A stretch of 64,000 bases of DNA from Alphaproteobacteria bacterium. GTDB lineage: Bacteria; Pseudomonadota; Alphaproteobacteria; Bin95. Positions within the stretch are counted from its first letter, which is position 1; each line of letters begins with the position of its first letter. The notes beneath the pieces are model-generated. The model was not told where the DNA came from. It saw only the letters and a list, made by a program, of their open reading frames with translations, and searched no databases. Location of the stretch: contig CBDBGH010000003.1 in the NCBI GenBank assembly GCA_965205265.1, forward strand, positions 3,648,001 to 3,712,000, given 5' to 3'. The position numbers were made by a program, and so were the translations under genes. Below, piece after piece: positions 1-7,093 of the stretch.

Positions 1-2
1 CG

Positions 3-194
3 CAGAATTGTGATCGCTGTGATCCACCGCAGGCGAATGGTCGCCAAATCATCCGAGTCGAGTGCAGCGGAGAAATCATGCTTGGCTCGATAAGCATCAC
101 GTAGAACGCGCCGCGCCGCAAGGGCATCGTATTTCGAATATCGATTATTCTTCTTCGCCCTGCTTCTGCGAGTGTTTTGCCAGGTCCTGGCCAC
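3..194 (-). CDS. Partial hypothetical protein running off the left edge
   Basis: GTG at 194 with GGAG upstream; open frame VARTWQNTRRSRAKKNNRYSKYDALAARRVLRDAYRAKHDFSAALDSDDLATIRLRWITAITIL to the window edge. Not in the ORF track; translated by hand. Confidence 0.4.
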   Translation of the reverse strand, partial: MARTWQNTRRSRAKKNNRYSKYDALAARRVLRDAYRAKHDFSAALDSDDLATIRLRWITAITIL

Positions 195-249
195 GGTGAA
201 GCTCCAGAGTGTTCGGAACCCGCGTCAACGGTTCCTGCCGGTGGCGTGT

Positions 250-388
250 CGAGTGCGGCTTCCGGCGATGCTCCTTCGGGAAGGGCATGCAGGCAAGGAC
301 ATCGTGCCCGGTCTCGTCCAGGAAGGTAGCGAACCTGGGCGCCCCGGCCCTGAGCCGGACCGCGACCTGTCGCCACTGGACGCCAGCG
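250..388 (-). pseudogene. IS256-family transposase remnant
   Basis: Minus frame reads QWRQVAVRLRAGAPRFATFLDETGHDVLACMPFPKEHRRKPHST, a decayed match to the IS256 C-terminal segment (QWRxVADQLRPK...LDEAExDVLAYMxFPKEHRxKLHST). No start codon or rest of gene. Confidence 0.7.
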
Positions 389-825
389 CATTTCTTCTCT
401 GTGTTCCTCTTTTTTTCTCAATGAGGGGTTGCAATGGGAAAGAAAATCTAACATAACGGGAAGCGGACGGCGCAAGAGGAGTCAGCTCTTGCACCGCCCT
501 GACCAAGGATCTTCTGGAGAAAGATCGCATGGCTGCTCACGAACTTAGCACGGCCCCGACGCCGGCTGTCAGCCCATACGACCGTCCCTGGCAACCGGCG
601 CGAACCGGGATTCCGCCCGGCATTTGCGCCGCCTCCCGGCGCGCGCCCTCCGGCCGCGCCCGGCGGTCATTGCGCCCGGAGACAGTCGGGGCTCACGCCG
701 CCCGCCCGCCCGCGGCGCATTCGCTGAATCCCTGAGTCCCCGGCGCCGTCCGGCGTCCGGCGATGACCGGCAACGTCCTGCGCTTCACAGGCGCAGGCGA
801 CAGGCTGTGGAACTGTGAGGAGACC

Positions 826-1704
826 ATGACCGACAGCGACTTCACCCTGCCGGAGGCCGCACCCGCCGTCCGGCTCGGGCCGAACCCCGACAACGGCCGC
901 GACCTGGTGGTCGGCGACGTCCATGGCCATTTCGCCACGCTGCGCCATGCGCTGGCCGAACTGGAGGTCGGCGCGGGCGACCGGCTGTTCTCGCTCGGCG
1001 ACCTGGTCGACCGCGGCCCCGACTGCTTCCAGGCAAAGGCCTGGATCGAGGGTTCGGCCCTCCCGGCTCTGGGGCCGGGACAGGCCCCGGCGCGGTTCGA
1101 CCTTGTCGTCCGCGGCGATCACGAGCAGCTGATGCTCGACGCGCTGGGCCCGCAGGTCTCGGCGGCATACAGGCCGCTCTGGCCGGCCGACTGGAACCTC
1201 TGGCGTCTCAATGGCGGAGACTGGTGGGAGGAGGGGGACCCGGTCGACCCCGCATCGGGGGGAGTCTGCCCCGGACTGCGATCCGGGAGGACAGGCGATG
1301 CCCGGTCCTGGGCCGTGGCGCTCGCGGGGCTGCCCTTCGCGGCCCGCATCGAGACGTCGCACGGCCCGGTGGGCCTCGTGCATGCCTGCCCGGTCCACCG
1401 CTCATGGGAGGCGCTGGAAGAGGCGCTCCGGCAGGACGGGCCCGACGGCCGCCGCACGCGCACGCGCGCGCTCTGGAGCCGCGTCCATCACCGGACCCGC
1501 CGGCCGGAGACCGACGGGCCGGTGGCGGGCGTGCGCGCCGTCCTGACCGGCCACACGCCCATGCCCGGGCCCGTCTGGCGCGCGAACGTCCTCGATATCG
1601 ACACCGGTATCGTCCGCCAGGGCATGCGCCGCCTCACTGTCGCACGTATCGACACGAAGGAGATCGGGACATGGACCTTCGACCGGGTGCCTGGCGAGAC
1701 GTAA
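826..1704 (+). CDS. Metallophosphoesterase, PrpA/PphA (lambda phosphatase)-like Ser/Thr protein phosphatase
   Basis: GDVHG, GDLVDRG, GDHE (variant of GNHE), LVHA, GHTP and IDTG motifs; GAGGAG RBS before ATG 826. Confidence 0.85.
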   Translation: MTDSDFTLPEAAPAVRLGPNPDNGRDLVVGDVHGHFATLRHALAELEVGAGDRLFSLGDLVDRGPDCFQAKAWIEGSALPALGPGQAPARFDLVVRGDHEQLMLDALGPQVSAAYRPLWPADWNLWRLNGGDWWEEGDPVDPASGGVCPGLRSGRTGDARSWAVALAGLPFAARIETSHGPVGLVHACPVHRSWEALEEALRQDGPDGRRTRTRALWSRVHHRTRRPETDGPVAGVRAVLTGHTPMPGPVWRANVLDIDTGIVRQGMRRLTVARIDTKEIGTWTFDRVPGET

Positions 1705-1910
1705 TGACAACCGGCCCGAAGACGCCATCCGGGATCGTGGGGGAACTGCGCTTCGGGATGAACAGCGCAGGGCAGTTCAACTTGTTCCTCTATGCGCCAT
1801 GCTCAAGGTAGCTACAGGCCAATAGGCCGCGCTCTGCTGCATCGCCTCCCCATAGACGGCCTGCGTCGAACGGATACCGTCTATGGGGAGGGACCGGCGA
1901 CCGGAAGGAG

Positions 1911-2957
1911 TCAGCAGCAATTGTCGTTGGGATGGTCTTGGTCGTCGTCTTCCCAATCGGCTTCTTCCTTGCCAGCAGCTCGACGCCGCACACGTCCAGC
2001 GAACTCTCGGTAGTGGATTTTCCCGTCTGCGTAGTCGGCCAGGAGGTCTTGGTAATTGTCGAAGCGGGTACGTGCATCTGGAAGCTGCTCGGGCAAGGTC
2101 GTGCCGATGAAACTCAAGAGGCGGGCGTCAGGCGCGTCGCCGACTCGGATGTCGTTGAAGCCGAGCGAGTCTTGGCGCATTGCGCGGTCAGCCAGACCCC
2201 TATCGGTGACGTGATAGAGCTGGTTGAGGGTTTGATAGAGAATTACGCCGCACTCGCCGAGGACATCGAAGGTAGCGCGCGGAAAGCGGCGAGCGACGAG
2301 GATCGGAACGCAGTTCAGCGCGACACACTTTTCAAGTAGCCGCTTGACTTCGTCCGTATCGGGGTAAATCCACCTACGGAAGCTCTTTGCCTCGACACCG
2401 GCAAACCCCGCTGTGCGATGCAGATAGAGGAAGTCGAGCAGACGTCCCTCGGGTATTGCGCGGCCCCCGATGTGGGCGGGTGGTTCCTCCTTGCGGTAGC
2501 GGCTCTTTCGTTCTGCGACGGACGGGTCGAAATCGGGAAATCGGCCGAAGTAGGGAGCATTGGATTGGGCACCAAGTGCGCGGAAGATGGCAAGTTCCAG
2601 GCACTGGCCCCGACGATCCGAAACGGCTGGTTTAGAAAGTGCACGGAGAACGCGCCTCAGCGTGGCGAGGCGTGCTTGTACGCCTGTTTCCGGGGCATCG
2701 GGAAGGTGGAACCACGACGGATCGTCGTTGATGCCGACAATCTCCACTAGGTCGCCATCGCGAACGAGGATCTTGCGGGCCATGCCCAATATATGAGGCT
2801 CCAGCGGCTGGGCGCCCGTGTCGCAGATCTCGTGTTCGAGCATCCGCGCTGTCATGACGACTCGACGGGAGAGGACGTCGCGCAGCCGAGCCTTGGCGAG
2901 CGCGAGGTCGGCCGGATCCGACTCCGGGTGCGATGACGTTGGGGGGCGACGCGCCAT
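1911..2957 (-). CDS. Hypothetical protein with probable PD-(D/E)xK restriction-endonuclease-like fold
   Basis: 348-aa ORF with GGAGG RBS; RGQCLE...LLDFLYL...GVEAKS pattern fits E...D...ExK; acidic C-terminal tail. Divergent from the conjugation operon. Confidence 0.6.
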   Translation of the reverse strand: MARRPPTSSHPESDPADLALAKARLRDVLSRRVVMTARMLEHEICDTGAQPLEPHILGMARKILVRDGDLVEIVGINDDPSWFHLPDAPETGVQARLATLRRVLRALSKPAVSDRRGQCLELAIFRALGAQSNAPYFGRFPDFDPSVAERKSRYRKEEPPAHIGGRAIPEGRLLDFLYLHRTAGFAGVEAKSFRRWIYPDTDEVKRLLEKCVALNCVPILVARRFPRATFDVLGECGVILYQTLNQLYHVTDRGLADRAMRQDSLGFNDIRVGDAPDARLLSFIGTTLPEQLPDARTRFDNYQDLLADYADGKIHYREFAGRVRRRAAGKEEADWEDDDQDHPNDNCC

Positions 2958-3019
2958 GGAATTGGAGCCTCCCTCAGGATAGTGAGTCAACACAGCGATT
3001 ATATCTTAATTGAATGGTC

Positions 3020-3052
3020 TTCCAATCACACTGTGCAGTTACTATAATTGGA
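3020..3052 (+). promoter_or_regulatory. Sigma70-like promoter of the peptide-E2-E1-JAB operon with overlapping short inverted repeat
   Basis: TTCCAA (3020-3025), 17 bp, TATAAT (3043-3048); TCCAAT (3021-3026) and ATTGGA (3047-3052) form an inverted pair over the -35 and -10. Confidence 0.55.
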
Positions 3053-3076
3053 TACTCTCAACTGAAGGATGGGACC

Positions 3077-3271
3077 ATGGCACGAAAACCTACGATCGAG
3101 GAGCTGGAAAGCATCCTGGACGACGAGGAGGACATCCCGATCGAGATACTCCCCAACGGCGAGATTCGGGCGCTTGGAGGTAGCGACGCGGCGGAGCGGA
3201 ATTTCCAGAAGCCGCTGACGATGCGTGAGGACCTCGGCGGCGAATACGGACGGCGAGGTAACCAAGCATGA
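3077..3271 (+). CDS. 64-aa acidic peptide; candidate conjugation substrate/modifier
   Basis: AAGGA/GGGA upstream of ATG 3077; MARKPTIEELESILDDEEDIPIEILPNGEIRALGGSDAAERNFQKPLTMREDLGGEYGRRGNQA; stop overlaps the next start (ATGA at 3268). Confidence 0.75.
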   Translation: MARKPTIEELESILDDEEDIPIEILPNGEIRALGGSDAAERNFQKPLTMREDLGGEYGRRGNQA

Positions 3272-3642
3272 ATCTGGCGCGAATCCGCGAAGACATCGCC
3301 GCTGCGCAACGGTATTTCCAATATGTTGAGGGCCGGGCGACGCCGGAAGGTGGCTTGATGGCGCTCATCGCGCTGCAGACCAGCGGGCGCCTCTACACCC
3401 TCGGCGTGTCGTTTCCAGATTCGTACCCGAACGCGATGCCCGAGGTACATGTCAGGAAACCGTCGCTGTCATACTCACCGCACCAGTACCTGCACGACCG
3501 GATCTGCTACCTCCACCCGCACATGTGGAACCCGGGTCGTCACAACCTGACCTTCGTCATACAGCGCGCCGCGAAATGGCTCGGCAAGTATGAGGTGTAC
3601 CGGAAGACGGGGAAGTGGCCGGGGGCAGGTTTGGACCATTGA
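3268..3642 (+). CDS. Prokaryotic E2/UBC-like conjugating enzyme (E2a)
   Basis: FPDSYPNAMPEV...SPHQYLHDRICYLHPHMWNP...KWLGKYEVYRKTGKWPG: YPxxxP, PH...IC catalytic Cys, WxP, and a C-terminal W..YE...TG.WPG as in CBASS-type E2s. Confidence 0.8.
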   Translation: MNLARIREDIAAAQRYFQYVEGRATPEGGLMALIALQTSGRLYTLGVSFPDSYPNAMPEVHVRKPSLSYSPHQYLHDRICYLHPHMWNPGRHNLTFVIQRAAKWLGKYEVYRKTGKWPGAGLDH

Positions 3643-3646
3643 GACG

Positions 3647-4246
3647 ATGAGCAACACTCAACGCCAGGCGACTGTGAAGCTGATCGAGGGGCAGGCATCT
3701 GGCCCGCGGTCCAACGATACGCACATCGAGTTCAAGCCCCTGCCGATGATGGCGCTGCGCAGCAGCCCAGGGGAGGTGCTCGACGAAGTGTCGAAGGAGG
3801 GGGCCGCCTACCTGATCGAACGCAACGGGCAGCAGAAAGCGTGTCTGGTTCCCATATCGTGCTTTCTGCCGGATATCCAGCGATCACGCGTAACGGCGGA
3901 ACTCGACAGACTCGAGGACTCCGTGGAGAAGTACCGCGTGGCAATCAGCGCCGAGCGGGAGATGCAGTTCCTTTTCCGCGAATTCAGCGGCGACACGCGA
4001 TTGGAGGTGGCGGTGACGCTGCCCCATGGCTACCCCAACAAGGCGCCCGTGGTGACGGCTGAGCCGATCGAGGAAGGCTGTCCGCACCGGTGGCCAGACG
4101 GGACGTTATGCCTCTATGGCGCAGTGGCGGTGTGGAACCCGGGTAGGCACGACGTGATGCACGCAGTCGCGCTCTTCCGGCGGTGGATCCAGCACTACAC
4201 CGTATGGCGGCAGACAACCGAGTGGCCGCGGGAGGGGTTGGAATGA
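3647..4246 (+). CDS. Phd/YefM-like DNA-binding domain fused to E2/UBC-like domain (E2b)
   Basis: N-terminal MMALRSSPGEVLDEVSKEGAAYLIERNGQQKACLVP (Phd/YefM pattern); C-terminal LPHGYPNKAPVV...CPHRWPDGTLCLY...WNPGRH...W...Y..W..T.EWP. Confidence 0.75.
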   Translation: MSNTQRQATVKLIEGQASGPRSNDTHIEFKPLPMMALRSSPGEVLDEVSKEGAAYLIERNGQQKACLVPISCFLPDIQRSRVTAELDRLEDSVEKYRVAISAEREMQFLFREFSGDTRLEVAVTLPHGYPNKAPVVTAEPIEEGCPHRWPDGTLCLYGAVAVWNPGRHDVMHAVALFRRWIQHYTVWRQTTEWPREGLE

Positions 4247-5085
4247 TGACTGACGGTCTTTTTGCGAGGGTTGAGCCTCTGTTCGACGTCGACGCATTCC
4301 GGGACCAGTGGGTGCTGATCGCCGGTTGCGGGTCGGGCGGCGGCCAAGTAGCGCTGCAGCTGGTCATGTCGGGAGTCAGAAAGTTCATCCTGGTGGACAT
4401 GGACGAGGTCGCGGTCGAGAACATCATCAGACATGTGTGCGGCCTCCGTTATGTGGGCTGGCGCAAGACCGCGGCGCTCGCCGACGTCCTCAAGGATCGC
4501 AACCCGGAGGTCGAGATCAGGTCGTTCAACGAGGATGTTCTCGAATGGCCGGGCTTGGAAGACGAGGTTGAGCGGGCGAGCGTGGTCGTGATCGGAACGG
4601 ACAACGAGCCGAGCCGCTACCGGCTGAACGAAGTATGCGTGAAAACGGCGACGCCGTTCACGGTCGGGCGCGTGTTCACCCGCGGCATCGGCGGCGAAGC
4701 CTACGCATACCGGCATGGAAGCACCGGATGTCTGGCCTGCCTGGAGGGGGTTCTGGAACGCACCCGGTTCCGGGAAGGGGTGCGCGAGATCGACCTCGCA
4801 ACGGAGGAAGAGCGCCAAAAGATGTACGACCTTGAAATCGAGGAGATCAAGGACTCGCCAGGCTTGTCGGTGGACATCGGCTTCATTGCCGCGTTTCACA
4901 CGCGGCTCACGCTGGACGCACTCGGTGAAATGGCCGACGAGCGGCCGAAGTTCATGACGCCGCTCGAGGAGAACTACCTCGTGTGGGGCAACCGGACTGT
5001 CCACCCGTTCTCGAAGAATTTCCAACTGCAGCGGATGTCCTTGCAGCCGCAGAAAGGCTGCAATGTCTGCGGAGGGCAGGTATGA
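4243..5085 (+). CDS. ThiF/MoeB/E1-like adenylating enzyme
   Basis: GCGSGG, DMDEVAVENIIRH, conserved K, TDN..SR, and two Zn-binding CxxC motifs (CLAC, CNVC); ATGA overlaps at both ends. Confidence 0.9.
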   Translation: MMTDGLFARVEPLFDVDAFRDQWVLIAGCGSGGGQVALQLVMSGVRKFILVDMDEVAVENIIRHVCGLRYVGWRKTAALADVLKDRNPEVEIRSFNEDVLEWPGLEDEVERASVVVIGTDNEPSRYRLNEVCVKTATPFTVGRVFTRGIGGEAYAYRHGSTGCLACLEGVLERTRFREGVREIDLATEEERQKMYDLEIEEIKDSPGLSVDIGFIAAFHTRLTLDALGEMADERPKFMTPLEENYLVWGNRTVHPFSKNFQLQRMSLQPQKGCNVCGGQV

Positions 5086-5996
5086 ACGCGATGAGAGACG
5101 TACGTTCGGTCAGGGTCGAAATTGCCGCGCGGGCCTTGGAGGCCGTTTTCGAGGAGTGCGACCGCTACGACAGCGACGAGACGGGCGGGCGGATGGTGGG
5201 GCACTTCTCGCTGGAGCGGAACACGCTGGTGGTGAGGGCGCGTGGAGTCATAGAACCGGGGCCTAACGCCAAGCGGACCAGCGCCAGCTTCTTCCAGGAC
5301 GGTGACTACCAGACCGAGATCTTCCGGCGGATCGAAGCCAAGGACCCGACGGTCGAGCACCTGGGCAACTGGCACACGCATCATGTGAACGGGTATCCGA
5401 ACCTGAGCGGAGGCGACGTGGCAACCTATCGCCGCATCGTGAACCACGAGCTGCACAACCTGGACTTCTTCTACGCGTTGCTGGTGACGGCGCGCCGTGA
5501 GGGACGGTCGGGACTCGGCCGTTACACGGTGCGGCACTACGTTCTGTTCCGCGGAGACGACGGGGTCTATGAGGTAGATCCGGGGAATGTCCGGATAACG
5601 GACGAGGCGACGATCTGGCCGAAAGACGCAGCCGGGCCGGGCGACGGGCTCGAAACCGACCCTCAACGAATGAAGCAGGCTGCTGCCATCCGCGCGCACG
5701 ACCTGCAGGTCCTCAAGGTCATGTACCCTTCGCTGAGTCCGCGACAGTCGGCGCGGTCGGAGATGTTCTTCTGGAAGGGGCCGTTGCCGCTGATCGATGG
5801 TACTGAAGCGGGGCTGCGGATCCTGGAAGTGGAAGACGATGAGGGGCTTGCCTACTACCTGAGGGTGAGCCCGGCCTCGGCGGAGGCGAGGGAGCTGTAC
5901 GAGACGCGCTTCCGAAGCGCGAGCGAGGCAGTGCGCACGCTGGAGGTGAGCTTGGACCGGGCGATCTACCGGTCTGCCGCTGGATCGGAGGGCTGA
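5082..5996 (+). CDS. JAB/JAMM (Mov34/MPN) metallopeptidase with additional C-terminal domain
   Basis: ETGG glutamate, PGP.A..T...F, and LGNWHTH-x8-SGGD Zn motif; about 110 further C-terminal residues of unknown function. Confidence 0.85.
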   Translation: MNAMRDVRSVRVEIAARALEAVFEECDRYDSDETGGRMVGHFSLERNTLVVRARGVIEPGPNAKRTSASFFQDGDYQTEIFRRIEAKDPTVEHLGNWHTHHVNGYPNLSGGDVATYRRIVNHELHNLDFFYALLVTARREGRSGLGRYTVRHYVLFRGDDGVYEVDPGNVRITDEATIWPKDAAGPGDGLETDPQRMKQAAAIRAHDLQVLKVMYPSLSPRQSARSEMFFWKGPLPLIDGTEAGLRILEVEDDEGLAYYLRVSPASAEARELYETRFRSASEAVRTLEVSLDRAIYRSAAGSEG

Positions 5997-6826
5997 TGAC
6001 GATGGAGATATTGACGCTCTATGCGGGTCAGGGGAATTTCGCGGTTGTCCGCCATGGTGGGCAGGCAATCGTGGTGGATACCCGGCGCCCGGCCGAATGT
6101 TCGGACGACATCGCGTCGAAGGTGAGCCGATTTCTGAGGGGGCGGGAACTGGTGGGCATCGTGTTGACGGGGTTCGACGACGATCACGCGGACCCGGACG
6201 GACTCGACTGGCTGCTGGAGGATTATGCGGCGGCCTGGGTGATGTATCCCAAGTACTACAAGGATACGGAAAACACGCAGCGGGTGTTCAACGTAATCCG
6301 CAAGCATGAACGACGGCGCGAGAACACGCACAATCCACTTGAGCGTGTGTCGGTTCGCCTCGACCGGCTAGACTCACGGTACCTCGACGAGCTGTCCGAT
6401 GAGTTCGACCTGGAGCTCTTTTCGCCGCACATCGAGGACATGGACAACTCGAACAACTGCAGCATCGTACTGAAGATCGAAGGAGTCGGACCAGACGGAT
6501 TCGGATACCTCGTGACCGGCGATACCGAGAACCCGCGCTGGGACAGGATTGTGGCTCTGTTCGACGATGCCTTGGCGGCGGACGTCATGGCTGCACCGCA
6601 TCACGGGTCCAAGAATGCGGCGCATCCGGGCATGGCCCTGGCGGTTTCGCCCGACACGGTGCTGATCAGCGCCGGCATCGACAATCAGTACGGACACCCG
6701 GACGCGAAGGCGGTGGCGCTCTATTCGCGCGTCGCCGAGCATGTGTTCCAGACCAACATCCGGACAGGGATTTCGTGGCTCACGAGGCGCGTGGGTAGTG
6801 ATTTCCCGACGCAAAGGGTGGCGTAA
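5996..6826 (+). CDS. ComEC/Rec2-type metallo-beta-lactamase-fold hydrolase
   Basis: AGQG, VVDT, TGFDDDH (variant of THxDxDH), NNCSIVL, LVTGDTE, APHHGSKN, ISAG..NQYGHP; TGATG overlap with the JAB gene. Confidence 0.85.
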   Translation: MTMEILTLYAGQGNFAVVRHGGQAIVVDTRRPAECSDDIASKVSRFLRGRELVGIVLTGFDDDHADPDGLDWLLEDYAAAWVMYPKYYKDTENTQRVFNVIRKHERRRENTHNPLERVSVRLDRLDSRYLDELSDEFDLELFSPHIEDMDNSNNCSIVLKIEGVGPDGFGYLVTGDTENPRWDRIVALFDDALAADVMAAPHHGSKNAAHPGMALAVSPDTVLISAGIDNQYGHPDAKAVALYSRVAEHVFQTNIRTGISWLTRRVGSDFPTQRVA

Positions 6827-7093
6827 CGAAGGGTCGGAGGATGCCTGGACCATTGGTCCCAGAGCGAACTTCAAGAACGCATGCCATTCCGATTTGACTG
6901 CAGTGGGCGGAACGCGAGGCGCGTCACCTGCTCCACGAAGGCGAGGGCAAGTGGGACTCGCACCGACCCCCGACGACAGCATCCTGCTTGCGACGATCTC
7001 GAAAGAGACGCGAATGCGTGGGTGGTGGGCGTAATGACGATCATCCGCAAAGGTGGGTGTGTCGGCTTCTCTACGCGGGCTTGGTGAGCAGCG

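Noticed and set aside
3077-3271. Calling the peptide Pup/UBact or a ThiS/MoaD-like Ubl
   Set aside because: GGE is internal rather than terminal, no PafA/Dop or proteasome genes are present, and I see no beta-grasp pattern. Kept only as an analogy.
4243-5085. Housekeeping moeB/thiF
   Set aside because: No sulfur-carrier, Moco or thiamine genes nearby; it is coupled to E2 and JAB genes.
6841-7087. Short ORFs between MBL and patatin (ATG 6841; 6881-7087)
   Set aside because: No properly spaced RBS, no recognisable motif, low coding plausibility.
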